From: Terriglobia bacterium
Lineage (GTDB): Bacteria; Acidobacteriota; Polarisedimenticolia; Polarisedimenticolales; JAIQFR01
NCBI GenBank assembly: GCA_963748015.1
Contig: CAVVHE010000004.1
Coordinates: forward strand, 1,824,001-1,888,000
Direction of reading: 5' to 3'
Length of the DNA: 64,000 nucleotides
The notes under the pieces were generated by a model that did no database searches, had not been told where the DNA came from, and saw only the letters and a list, made by a program, of their open reading frames with translations. Shown here one piece after another: positions 50,686 to 62,483 of this stretch (the first letter of the stretch is position 1; every line of letters begins with the position of its first letter). The position numbers and the translations under genes were made by a program.

Positions 50686-51879
50686 ATGAGCAACCCGATG
50701 GTGTCCGAGAAGCTCGAGCAGGTGCCGGCGATCCTGAAGGAGACCGGCTTCGACGCGTGGCTGCTGTTCGCGCGCGAGACCCACACGCTCCACGACCCGT
50801 GCTTCGACCTCGTGGTCGGGGCGAACGTGGTCTGGCCCGCGGCCTTCCTGCTCACCGCTTCAGGAGAGAAGATGGCGATCGTCGGGAGCCTCGACAAGGC
50901 CGGCCTCGCGATGCACGGGCACTTCCCCGACATCGTCGGTTACGTGGGCGGGATCGGGGAAAGCCTGAGGCAGGCTATCGCCCGGCTCGATCCCAGGCGG
51001 GTCGCGATCAACTACTCGGTGGACGACGTCATGTCCGACGGCCTGACCCACGGGTCGTACCTGATCCTCCAGAAGGCGCTCGAGGGAACCCCTTACGGCT
51101 CGCGTCTCCACTCGTCCGAGCGGATCGTGGCGGCGCTGCGCGGCCGGAAGTCGGCCACCGAGCAGGCCCGGATTCGCGCGGCGTGCGAGGTCACGATCGA
51201 GATCTTCGATCGTCTCACCCCCCGCCTGCGCGCGGGGCTGACCGAGAAGCAGGTCGCGGCGATCATCCGCGAGGAAAGAGACCGCTTCGAGGGGTTGACA
51301 CCCGCCTGGGACGAGGAGCAGTGCCCCGCGGTGTTCACCGGCCCCGAATCGGCGGGGGCACACGCGGGACCCACCGACCGCCCGATCGAGCCCGGCCACG
51401 TGATGAACGTGGACTTCGGCGTGCGGAAGGACGGGTACTGCTCGGACCTCCAGAGGACCTGGTACTTCCTTAAGCCCGGCGAGACGGCCGCTCCCGACGC
51501 GGTGCAGCGCGGCTTCGACACGATCGTCGAGGCGATCCGCCAGGCTGCGAAGGCTCTCAGGCCGGGGCGCACCGGCGAGGAGATCGACACGATCGCGCGG
51601 TCCCACATCACGGGCCGGGGGTACCCGGAATACCAGCACGCCCTCGGCCACCAGATCGGGCGCGACGCGCACGACGGCGCGGGGCTGCTCTGCCCGCGCT
51701 GGGAGCGCTACGGCAGCCTGGCGGACCTCAAGATCGAGGCGGGCCAGTGCTACACGATCGAGCCGCGCCTCCCGATCGAGGGGCACGGGATCGCGACCTG
51801 CGAGGAGATCGTCGCGGTGACCGAGACCGGCTGCGTCTTCCTGAGCCGGCCCCAGAACGAGCTGTACCTCGTGAAGTAG
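50686..51879 (+). CDS. Xaa-Pro aminopeptidase (M24 family)
   Basis: VDFG, GYCSDLQRT, HALGHQIG..HD, TIEP, EEIV. Confidence 0.9.
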   Translation: MSNPMVSEKLEQVPAILKETGFDAWLLFARETHTLHDPCFDLVVGANVVWPAAFLLTASGEKMAIVGSLDKAGLAMHGHFPDIVGYVGGIGESLRQAIARLDPRRVAINYSVDDVMSDGLTHGSYLILQKALEGTPYGSRLHSSERIVAALRGRKSATEQARIRAACEVTIEIFDRLTPRLRAGLTEKQVAAIIREERDRFEGLTPAWDEEQCPAVFTGPESAGAHAGPTDRPIEPGHVMNVDFGVRKDGYCSDLQRTWYFLKPGETAAPDAVQRGFDTIVEAIRQAAKALRPGRTGEEIDTIARSHITGRGYPEYQHALGHQIGRDAHDGAGLLCPRWERYGSLADLKIEAGQCYTIEPRLPIEGHGIATCEEIVAVTETGCVFLSRPQNELYLVK

Positions 51880-51902
51880 GGGGTCGGAGGTCGCCCGCCG
51901 CC

Positions 51903-54038
51903 TCAGGCCTCGCCCGCCCGCGACCGGGCTTCGCGAACCCGTTCGAGGATCGCCGCGCCGTACCGCTCGACGACCTTGGGCCCGACTCCCTTCACGCGGA
52001 GCAAGGCCTGCTCGTTCTCCGGCCGGGCGTGCGCGATCCCCTCGAGCGTCCGGTTGGACAGCACGTGGAACGCGGGGACCTGCGCGCGGCGGGCCTCTGC
52101 CAGGCGCCACGCGCGCAGCGCCTCGACCAGGGAGGGATCGGGCGCAGTCCCCCTATCCGGTTCCACGAGCGTTTTCGGTCTCGCGGCACGACCGGCGGTT
52201 GCGCCCGCGGGAGGCGTCTTGCGCCGGATGCGCGGAGGAGGCGCCTCCTGCGCGACGGCGACGGGAACGCTCTCGAACTCGGCCGCGCCGCGCCCGGAAT
52301 CCGACAGGAAGAGCCTCCGGAACTCGATGGCCCTCCCCTCCTTCTCGAACGACTCCGCGCGCTCCGACACGTAGCCCGAGCGCACGAGGGCGGCGACCAG
52401 GCGCTCGAAGCGATCCCGCTCGAGCGCCTCGCCGAACAGCTCGCGGTGCAGCCGGCCGGCGGCCTGACCGTTGGTGCGGCGCAGGGCGTCCAGCATCCGG
52501 CCGAGCGCCCGCCGCTCCTCGGCGGAGGGCGCGCGGAAGCGCAGCGCCCGGCAATTCCCGGGGGCGCAGATGTCGCATCCCCCGCAGCGCCGGCCGTCGT
52601 CCTCCTGGTCGCCGAAGTGGGAGACGAGGTGCACCATGCGACAGCCGCGGCTCGCGGCGTAGCGCGTGATCCGCTCGAGCTGCTCGATCTTGTGGCGGCG
52701 TCGGGCCAGGTACGGCCGCTCCCAGCCCGGACGCCCGCGCGATGCGTTCTCCTCGGCGTCGATCCGCGCCCCGCCGTGGATCCACAGCTTCTCCAGCGCG
52801 TTGTCCAGCCGGTCCGGGTCGAGGGCGGTGCGGGCGAGCAGCGCCTCGCGCGGCTGCGGCTCGTCGCTCAGGGCGTCCCACACCTCCGTCAGCAGCGATG
52901 CGTCGGGGTAGTCGCGCTCGAGAAAGAACTCGTGGGTCTTACGATCGGACCAAGAGAACAGCAGCACCGCCCGCGACGGCGCGCCGTCGCGTCCTGCCCG
53001 GCCGATCTCCTGGTAGTACCCCTCGACGCTCGCCGGCAGGGCCATGTGGATCACCGTGCGTACGTCGGGCTTGTCCACCCCCATGCCGAAGGCGATCGTC
53101 GCGACGATCGCCTCGAGGCGGCCGGCCTGGAAGGCGGCCTGGACGCCGTCGCGCTGCGGCGCGGTCATCCCGGCGTGATAGGCGGCCGCCGGACACAGCG
53201 CTGCGAGCCGCCGGGCGAGCTCCTCGGTCTGCCGCCGCGTCGGCGCGTAGACGATCGCCGGCCGGTTCGCCGGATCGCCGAGCAGGCGCTCGGCCACGGC
53301 GACGCGCGCCGACGGCTTCAGCTCGACCAGCTCGATCGCGATGTTCTCGCGGCGGAAGCCGTGGATGAAGCGCAGCGCGCTCGCCATCCCGAGCTGCTCG
53401 CAAATGTCGTTCTGCACGAGCGGGGTGGCCGTGGCCGTCAGCGCGATGACCGGCGCGGGCCGGAGAAGCGGCAAGCGCTCCCCGAGCATGCGGTAGTCGG
53501 GACGAAAATCGTGGCCCCAGTGCGATATGCAATGCGCCTCGTCCACGGCGATCAGCGCCGGCGTGCGGCGGGCGAGCAGCTCCGGGAAGCCCGGAACGGC
53601 GAGGCGCTCGGGCGCGATGAACAGGAAATCGAGGCCACCGTCCAGATAGCTCCGGCAGGCCTGCTGCGATTCGGGGCGCGGGCGGCCCGAATGGATCCGC
53701 TCGGCGCGGAGGCCCTGCGCCCTGAGCTTCGCCACCTGGTCCTCCATCAGCGAGATCAGCGGGCTGACCACCAGCGTCGTGCCGCCCCGGGCGATCCCCG
53801 GCAGCTGATAGCACAGCGACTTCCCCGCGCCGGTGGGCATCACCAGCAGGACGTCGCTCCCCTCCGTCACGGCGCGGCAGACGGCTTCCTGGTACGGGCG
53901 GAAGCGATCGAAACCGAAGGCCTCGCGCAGGAGTACGGCGAGCCGCGCCGGCGGCGTCGGCTCGCGCCGGCGCGGCGCGCCGGCGCGGGTCGCGTCGCCT
54001 TCGCGCGGCACGGGAGGCGTGGGAGGTGAATTCCTCAT
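51903..54038 (-). CDS. recQ: RecQ-family DNA helicase with HRDC domain
   Basis: MPTGAGKSLCYQLP, VDEAHCISHWGHDFRP, ATIAFGMGVDK, QEIGRAGRDG, Zn-binding cysteines, HRDC; start uncertain. Confidence 0.92.
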   Translation of the reverse strand: MRNSPPTPPVPREGDATRAGAPRRREPTPPARLAVLLREAFGFDRFRPYQEAVCRAVTEGSDVLLVMPTGAGKSLCYQLPGIARGGTTLVVSPLISLMEDQVAKLRAQGLRAERIHSGRPRPESQQACRSYLDGGLDFLFIAPERLAVPGFPELLARRTPALIAVDEAHCISHWGHDFRPDYRMLGERLPLLRPAPVIALTATATPLVQNDICEQLGMASALRFIHGFRRENIAIELVELKPSARVAVAERLLGDPANRPAIVYAPTRRQTEELARRLAALCPAAAYHAGMTAPQRDGVQAAFQAGRLEAIVATIAFGMGVDKPDVRTVIHMALPASVEGYYQEIGRAGRDGAPSRAVLLFSWSDRKTHEFFLERDYPDASLLTEVWDALSDEPQPREALLARTALDPDRLDNALEKLWIHGGARIDAEENASRGRPGWERPYLARRRHKIEQLERITRYAASRGCRMVHLVSHFGDQEDDGRRCGGCDICAPGNCRALRFRAPSAEERRALGRMLDALRRTNGQAAGRLHRELFGEALERDRFERLVAALVRSGYVSERAESFEKEGRAIEFRRLFLSDSGRGAAEFESVPVAVAQEAPPPRIRRKTPPAGATAGRAARPKTLVEPDRGTAPDPSLVEALRAWRLAEARRAQVPAFHVLSNRTLEGIAHARPENEQALLRVKGVGPKVVERYGAAILERVREARSRAGEA

Positions 54039-54303
54039 CTTGAAATCGTCTGGAGGCGCGTCGAAAGGGACCCGACGATGGTCGCGGTTTGCGCTCGCCG
54101 AGTCAAGCCCGTGCCCGCCGGCCTCGGTGCTCGCGTTGCCGTGGCGCAAGATGCCCGCTCGGCCTTCCTTTGAAACGCGCATGGAACCGTCCGCTTGCAC
54201 CCGCCGCTACTCACTTCGGCGAGAGTCGATTCGCCTTCCAAGAGTGGCATCGGATGACGCACTGCCGTATCGTGCTTCGATCACGAGAGTGAGGGAAGCT
54301 GCC

Positions 54304-56548
<2,245 letters not shown>

Positions 56549-56867
56549 GTCGGCGACGGACTGCCGGTCGGCCGCAGAAGAGAACGGGTCGGGGTGGCCG
56601 GTTTCGGGCTAGGAGGGCGGTTTGTCATCGCCTTCTGCAGCCGGGCGCCGGGACCCCGCGCCAGGAAGTCGTCGCGGCCGGAGGTTAGCGGGCCACCGCC
56701 CTGCGGGATAGGATGTCCGGGCTGCTTGACCGAGGAACAAGTCCGGCACAGGGATCTCGATGGCGTCCAGAATCCGGATTCCGTCCGCCGTCGTGGGCCG
56801 GGCCCAGCGACCCTGCCGATCTGCCGAAGTTTCCACATTGACGTTTCTCTCTCCAAAGGAGTGTCCC

Positions 56868-57915
56868 GTGACAACCCGAGCATTCGCCGCGCAGTCGGCA
56901 ACGTCTCCCCTGGGTCCCTTCACGATCACGCGGCGCGACCCGTTGCCGCGCGACGTCGAGATCGACATTCTCTTCTGTGGGGTTTGCCATTCCGACCTGC
57001 ACTTCGCCCGCAACGAATGGGGCTTCACGAGCTACCCGCTCGTGCCGGGGCACGAGATCCTCGGACGCGTCACCCGCGTCGGGAAGGAAGTCACCCGGTT
57101 CAAGGTGGGCGACCTCGCGGGGGTCGGGTGCCTGGTCGATTCCTGCCGCACCTGCTCGAGCTGCAAGCAGGGCCTCGAGCAGTTCTGCCTCACCGAATTC
57201 GTGTTCACCTACAACGGGCCCGACAAGCACTCCGGGGGCATGACCTTCGGCGGATACTCGGAGAGCATCGTCTGCGACGAGGCGTTCACGCTCAAGGTCC
57301 CCGCGAACCTCGACCCCGCGCACGCCGCGCCGCTGCTGTGCGCCGGTATCACCACGTATTCCCCGCTTCGCAAGTGGGGGGCGACCCAGGGGAAGAAGGT
57401 GGGCATCGTCGGGCTGGGCGGGCTGGGGCACATGGGCGTGAAGTTCGCCCACGCCTTCGGCGCGCACACGGTCCTGTTCACGACGTCCGAGAGCAAGATC
57501 GCCGACGGAAAGCGGCTCGGAGCCGACGAGGTCGTGATCACGAAGGACGCGGAAGCGATGGGCAAGCACGCCGGCAGCTTCGACATGATCCTCGACACGG
57601 TTTCCGCCGACCACGACCTCAACGCGCTGATGGCGATGCTCAAGCTCGACGCCACGCTGGTCATGGTCGGGGCGCCGGCCAACCCCCAGTCCGTGAGCGC
57701 CTTGAGCCTGCTCCTGCCCCGCAAGAGCCTCTCGCGGCTCGCTCATCGGCGGGATTCCCGAGACCCAGGAGATGCTCGACTTCTGCGGGAAGCACGGCGT
57801 GGCGTGCGACATCGAGCTGATCCGCATGCAGGAGATCAACGAGGCGTACGATCGCATGCTGCGCAGCGACGTGAAGTACCGCTTCGTGATCGACATGGCG
57901 TCGCTGAAGAAGTAG
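56868..57915 (+). CDS. Zn-dependent NAD(P) alcohol dehydrogenase (cinnamyl-ADH/YahK-like; frameshift near 57735)
   Basis: [46 protein letters not shown]. Confidence 0.92.
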
Positions 57916-57937
57916 AGCGCGCGACTCGGAGGCGACG

Positions 57938-58474
57938 ATGGGAATCCTCGAGCTCTTCGGCTGGGGAGGCGACCGGAAGGAGCAGGCGCTGTCCCCGTCG
58001 GCGGCGGACACCGAAACCGTCCGCAAGATCTCCGCGGCACTCGATCGTCTCGAACCCGACCGGGCCCGCTACATCGCCGCCTTCGCCTACCTCCTGAGCC
58101 GCGTGGCCGCGGCCGATCTGACGATCAGCGAGGAGGAAAGCCGCGAGATGGAGCGGATCGTCGAGGAGAAGGGAGGCATCCCCGAGGCGCAGGCCGTGAT
58201 GGTCGTTCAGATGGCCAAGACGCAGAACGTCCTCTTCGGCGGGGTCGAGAACTTCCTGGTCACGCGCGAATTCGAGAGGATCGCGACGCGCGAGCAGAAG
58301 CTCGCCCTGCTGCACTGCCTGTTCGCCGTCTCCGCCGCCGACCGCTCGATCTCCTCGGCCGAGGACACGACGATTCGCATGATCGCGAGCGAGCTTCGCC
58401 TCGATCACGCGGACTTCATCGGTGTGAGGCTCGCCTACGTCGACCGGCTCGCCTCGCGCGGCGCGAAACCTTGA
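57938..58474 (+). CDS. TerB-family protein
   Basis: VAAADLTISEEE, VSAADRSISSAED, acidic helical pattern. Confidence 0.75.
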   Translation: MGILELFGWGGDRKEQALSPSAADTETVRKISAALDRLEPDRARYIAAFAYLLSRVAAADLTISEEESREMERIVEEKGGIPEAQAVMVVQMAKTQNVLFGGVENFLVTREFERIATREQKLALLHCLFAVSAADRSISSAEDTTIRMIASELRLDHADFIGVRLAYVDRLASRGAKP

Positions 58475-58562
58475 TCGTCGCGAGCGCCGCTGTGATTCGC
58501 TGAGACGTTCTATCCCCCCTTGGCCGCGGACGCGAGACGGCGTTCGCCCCGGAGGAACCGAT

Positions 58563-59400
58563 ATGGCCCTGAAGAAGAGCCCCGCCAGGAAGCCGGCGGC
58601 GAAGCCCGCCGCGAAGTCGAGACCGTCCGCGGCGCCGGCCGCCTCGAAGCCCCCCGCCGCGCGGATGACCCTTGCCGAAGCGATGTCCGCGCTGGAGGAA
58701 GCCGGCTCCGAGCAGACGCGGAAGACTTATCAGCGCCACGGCGCGACGGGCCCGCTCTTCGGCGTCAGCTTCGCGGCGCTCAAGGTCCTCGTCGAAGCGC
58801 GCGGGCGTCGATCACGACCTCGCGACCGCGCTCTGGGACACGGGGAACTTCGACGCGCGGATCCTCGCGATCAAGGTCGCCGACCCGGCGCGCGCGACGG
58901 CGGGCCAGCTCGACCGCTGGGCGGGAGAGGCGCGCTCTCGGATGCTCGTCAACTACGTCGCGCAGCTCGCCGGGGAGACGCCGCACGCCGCCGCGCTGCT
59001 CGCGAAGTGGCGCGCCGCCGACCCGAACGGCCCCAAGGCCGCCGCCGCGTGGCCGCTCGCCGGCCAGATGGCGACGCACGACACGACGACGCCGGACGCC
59101 TGGTTCCTCGAGCGCCTCGCGGAGATCGAGCGGACGATCCACACCGCGCCGAACGCCCAGCGCGAGGGAATGAACATGGCCGTCGTCGTGATCGGGTGCC
59201 GCAACGAGGCGCTGCGCAAGGCAGCGACCGCCGCGGCGAAGCGCATCGGCAAGGTCGTCGTGGACCACGGCGACACCGCGTGCAAGACGCCCGACGCGGC
59301 CGAGTACATCGCGAAGACCTGGGCGCACTCGACGTCGAAGGGTTTCGAGAGCCCGGCCGCGCACGAGCGCTCGCGGGAGCCGGTTCGCTGCCGCTGCTGA
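58563..59400 (+). CDS. DNA alkylation repair (AlkD-like HEAT-repeat) protein (frameshift near 58794)
   Basis: RHGA..PLFGV, DHDLA.ALWDTGN.DAR, IGKVVVDHGDTACKTPDA; Lys/Ala-rich N tail. Confidence 0.8.
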
Positions 59401-59527
59401 GGGGCGTCTCGGGATCGTGGCGCCGCTCGCATGCATCGTGCCCGCGTCTCGGTTCCCGGTCATGTGGATCGCGGACAAAGGGTCGTTCGTTCGCTCACCC
59501 TACGGAGTCGCAACGAGGAGATCACGG

Positions 59528-60466
59528 ATGGGCTCGCGCGGGCACAGCGTTTCATCATTAGCCCTTTCCGTCGGTTCGAAGCTCGCGGCGATCGGATTGC
59601 TCGTCGGAACGCCGTTGGCTTCCGCCCAAGCGCCTGCGCCGGGCGATCTTTCGACCTCGATCACGATGTCGGCCCCGACGATGCTGGACACCGGTATCGA
59701 CCAGGGCGGCCGCTTCCGATGGTGGAGCGTGGGGTTGGGCGCGAGCGTGACGCGGCAGTTCACGTCGGCGCTTTCGGTCGGGATCAGCGGGCGCTACGTC
59801 TTCGAGCGCTGGTCGTTCGATACGCCCACCGCATTCGGGCCGGTTGCGCCATGGAAGGACATCGCCCGACCCAGCCTCGGCCTGAATCTCGGCTACAACC
59901 TGTCCAAGGGCCTGTCGCTGTTCGTCGCCCCGCAGGCCGAATGGGCTCTCGAGCCCGGCGCCTCGGTGTCGGACTCGCTCAACTTCGGAGCGGTGATCGG
60001 GGTGGCCAAGTTCTTCTCTCCGAGGCTCGTTGTCGGGCTCGGGGCGGGTGCGTTCCGGCAAATCGACCGAAACCGGTTCTTCCCGTTCGTGATCGTGAAT
60101 TGGCAGATCACGGACTCGCTGCGCCTGACGAATCCGCTGCAAGCGGGGCCGACCGGCGGCGCCGGACTCGAGCTTGCGTATGCCTGGTCGGCGTCATGGG
60201 AGGCGGCCGCCGGCGCGGCCTTCCGTGAATACCGCTTTCGGCTCCGTGGGGATGGGCCGGCGCCGAACGGCCTCGGTCAGAACCGAGGCGTGCCGCTCTT
60301 CGCGCGGCTCACCCGCAGGTTCGGGCCGGGGACGCAGGTCGAGCTCTTCGCCGGCGTCGTCGTCGCCGGCGAGCTGCGAGTGTTCGATGCCGCAGGCGCA
60401 ACTGTGCGATCGTCGGACTACGGAGCCGCCCCACTCATCGCTCTCAGCGGGACGGTCCGTTTCTAG
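59528..60466 (+). CDS. Outer-membrane beta-barrel protein (DUF6268-like)
   Basis: Signal peptide, alternating amphipathic strands, FFPFVIVNWQ, C-terminal Phe. Confidence 0.7.
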   Translation: MGSRGHSVSSLALSVGSKLAAIGLLVGTPLASAQAPAPGDLSTSITMSAPTMLDTGIDQGGRFRWWSVGLGASVTRQFTSALSVGISGRYVFERWSFDTPTAFGPVAPWKDIARPSLGLNLGYNLSKGLSLFVAPQAEWALEPGASVSDSLNFGAVIGVAKFFSPRLVVGLGAGAFRQIDRNRFFPFVIVNWQITDSLRLTNPLQAGPTGGAGLELAYAWSASWEAAAGAAFREYRFRLRGDGPAPNGLGQNRGVPLFARLTRRFGPGTQVELFAGVVVAGELRVFDAAGATVRSSDYGAAPLIALSGTVRF

Positions 60467-60496
60467 GGGGTCGATATCGCGGACGTTCCGGCCTCC

Positions 60497-61087
60497 TCAG
60501 AAGGCGTATCGAATCCCCATTGCCCAAGCATTGGATGCGCCACGAACCCCGCTGAAAGTCCCGGACGCGCCGGAGCGATGATGAATCCCGGCCACGAAGC
60601 TCCACTGCGGCACGCGAGGATGCGAGAAAGCGAATTCGAACATCAGCGCCCCCAGGAGCTGGGCGGTCTCGTCATAGTACTTCGCCTCGACTTCCGGCAC
60701 GGACGTGGCGTAGGAAACCCCCGCTCCTGCGGCGACACTCGTTTTCAAGTGCTCGTTCCACGGAAAGCGGAGCCAACGCAAGTAGGCCACGAAACAGAAC
60801 TCCCCGTTGGTTTGATTTCCAAAGTGCCTGGCGATCTGCCCCTCGATCTCGACACTGAACTGATCTTGACGGGTGTACAATCTCCTGGACACGCCCAGGT
60901 CGATGAAATAGGCATTCTCGAAGTGAAAATCGCCGACAGCCGTCGTGGTGAGTTGTTCGTCGGTGAGCCTTCCGTAGTAGAGCGATAATGCCCAGTCCTT
61001 CTCCGCGCCCTCGGCGTGGAGTGGAAGCAAGCCGAGACAGATGGTCGCCAGAACAGAAAGCACGAGCCGCCGTCGGAACATCCGCAT
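60497..61087 (-). CDS. Small outer-membrane beta-barrel, PagL/acyloxyacyl-hydrolase-like
   Basis: Signal peptide, HHRSG near the C terminus, ends GIRYAF; lower GC than flanks. Confidence 0.6.
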   Translation of the reverse strand: MRMFRRRLVLSVLATICLGLLPLHAEGAEKDWALSLYYGRLTDEQLTTTAVGDFHFENAYFIDLGVSRRLYTRQDQFSVEIEGQIARHFGNQTNGEFCFVAYLRWLRFPWNEHLKTSVAAGAGVSYATSVPEVEAKYYDETAQLLGALMFEFAFSHPRVPQWSFVAGIHHRSGASGTFSGVRGASNAWAMGIRYAF

Positions 61088-61170
61088 CTCCCCCACCCGG
61101 AATACTAGCTTCTCAGCGGCCCCCCAAGGGAGCGCGTTTTCGCGATGATCGAGCCAGCGAGTCTCGAGGG

Positions 61171-62445
61171 ATGAGGGCCGGCGCGGCGGCCCTACTCGTC
61201 GCTTTCCCGCTCGTGACCTCCTCGATCTCGGGTGGCGCGGAAGCCGACGACATGCGGGTCTCGGTGGATCCGTACTTCTCCCTCGAGACCGGCTCGGACT
61301 TCACGCGCACGAGCGTGTGCCTCTTCGGAACCCTCGAGGCTCGCGTGTCAGGGCCTCTCGAGCGATCGCGCGCCGGCGGCGTCGCGTTCCGTCTTGCCAG
61401 GACCGTGCTGCTCGACCTGCCCATGGCGTGGTGGTTCGGGGTGCTGGAGCACGAAGCGTTCGGTCACGGCGGCCGGGCGAGGGAGTTCGGCTCCCGCGCC
61501 GGATTTCACATGGGGTCGCCGTGGGGCGACAGGGATTCCTACTCCAGCTACACGACCGACGGGCTGGGCACCGACGACCTCCTCCGCATCGCCGCCGGGG
61601 GCACGGAGTCCAACGGGTGGACGGCCACGCAGCTGGAGAGGGATCTCGTCGCGGGACGGCGAACGAGGCCGTTCGATCTTCTCTTCGTCGCGGCCAACCG
61701 CTGGGTGGACTACGCGTACGTCGTCCGCACGACGCCCGACCCTTCGACCGATCCCGCGGGCTTCTATGCCGAATGGGCCGGCGGCGGCGACGTCGCGAAC
61801 TACCTCGGCAGGCTGAGCGAGGAGTTCACCGGGGACCCCGGCATCACGCCGACCGGCACCACGCCCCTCGTCCGCGAGAACTACCGAACCCTGCGCCGCC
61901 AGGCGGCCTGGAACGTGCTCGATCCGGGTCTGTGGCTGTCGCTCTGGACGGCCGCCCGGTCGGTCGTCACGGGCGACGAGTTCCCTCGTGTTCCCCTGCC
62001 CCGGATCCGCGGGCGCGCCCTCCTGCCGGTACTGTCGGCCGATTGGCTCCCCGACGGCGGTATCGCGTCGCTGGAGCTGGTCGCCGGCCCGGCCGAGCCC
62101 GGCGGCGTCCCGAGTGCCGCGGGCTGGTCGTCGGTCGTGATTCGGCGAGGGACCGGCCCAGGAGGGACGTTCTGGGCAGGCGGGGCGGCGACGGAAGTGC
62201 TGCACGAATTCCCCTCGTTCCGCGTGGGCGGTGAGGTCGAGGCCTGGACCCGTCCCGGCCGCCTGCCGGGCGCCGGGGCCAGGATGCGCTTCACCTCCAC
62301 ACGGGGCCGGTTCCAGCGCTGTTTCGCCGACCTCGGTCTCAAGAGTGCCGGTCACTGGCCCGGCCGCCCCGCGGGGACGGGTCCGTTCGTCATGGTGGGG
62401 GTGACGATCCCCACGCGCTCCGCGGCCGACACGGACGGGCGGTAG
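61171..62445 (+). CDS. Hypothetical exported protein with an HExxGH zinc-protease motif and C-terminal beta strands
   Basis: Signal peptide, LEHEAFGHGGRARE, IAAGGTE. Confidence 0.6.
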   Translation: MRAGAAALLVAFPLVTSSISGGAEADDMRVSVDPYFSLETGSDFTRTSVCLFGTLEARVSGPLERSRAGGVAFRLARTVLLDLPMAWWFGVLEHEAFGHGGRAREFGSRAGFHMGSPWGDRDSYSSYTTDGLGTDDLLRIAAGGTESNGWTATQLERDLVAGRRTRPFDLLFVAANRWVDYAYVVRTTPDPSTDPAGFYAEWAGGGDVANYLGRLSEEFTGDPGITPTGTTPLVRENYRTLRRQAAWNVLDPGLWLSLWTAARSVVTGDEFPRVPLPRIRGRALLPVLSADWLPDGGIASLELVAGPAEPGGVPSAAGWSSVVIRRGTGPGGTFWAGGAATEVLHEFPSFRVGGEVEAWTRPGRLPGAGARMRFTSTRGRFQRCFADLGLKSAGHWPGRPAGTGPFVMVGVTIPTRSAADTDGR

Positions 62446-62483
62446 CCCGGGGCAGGAGTCCGGCACCTCGTCCGGGGCGGGAA

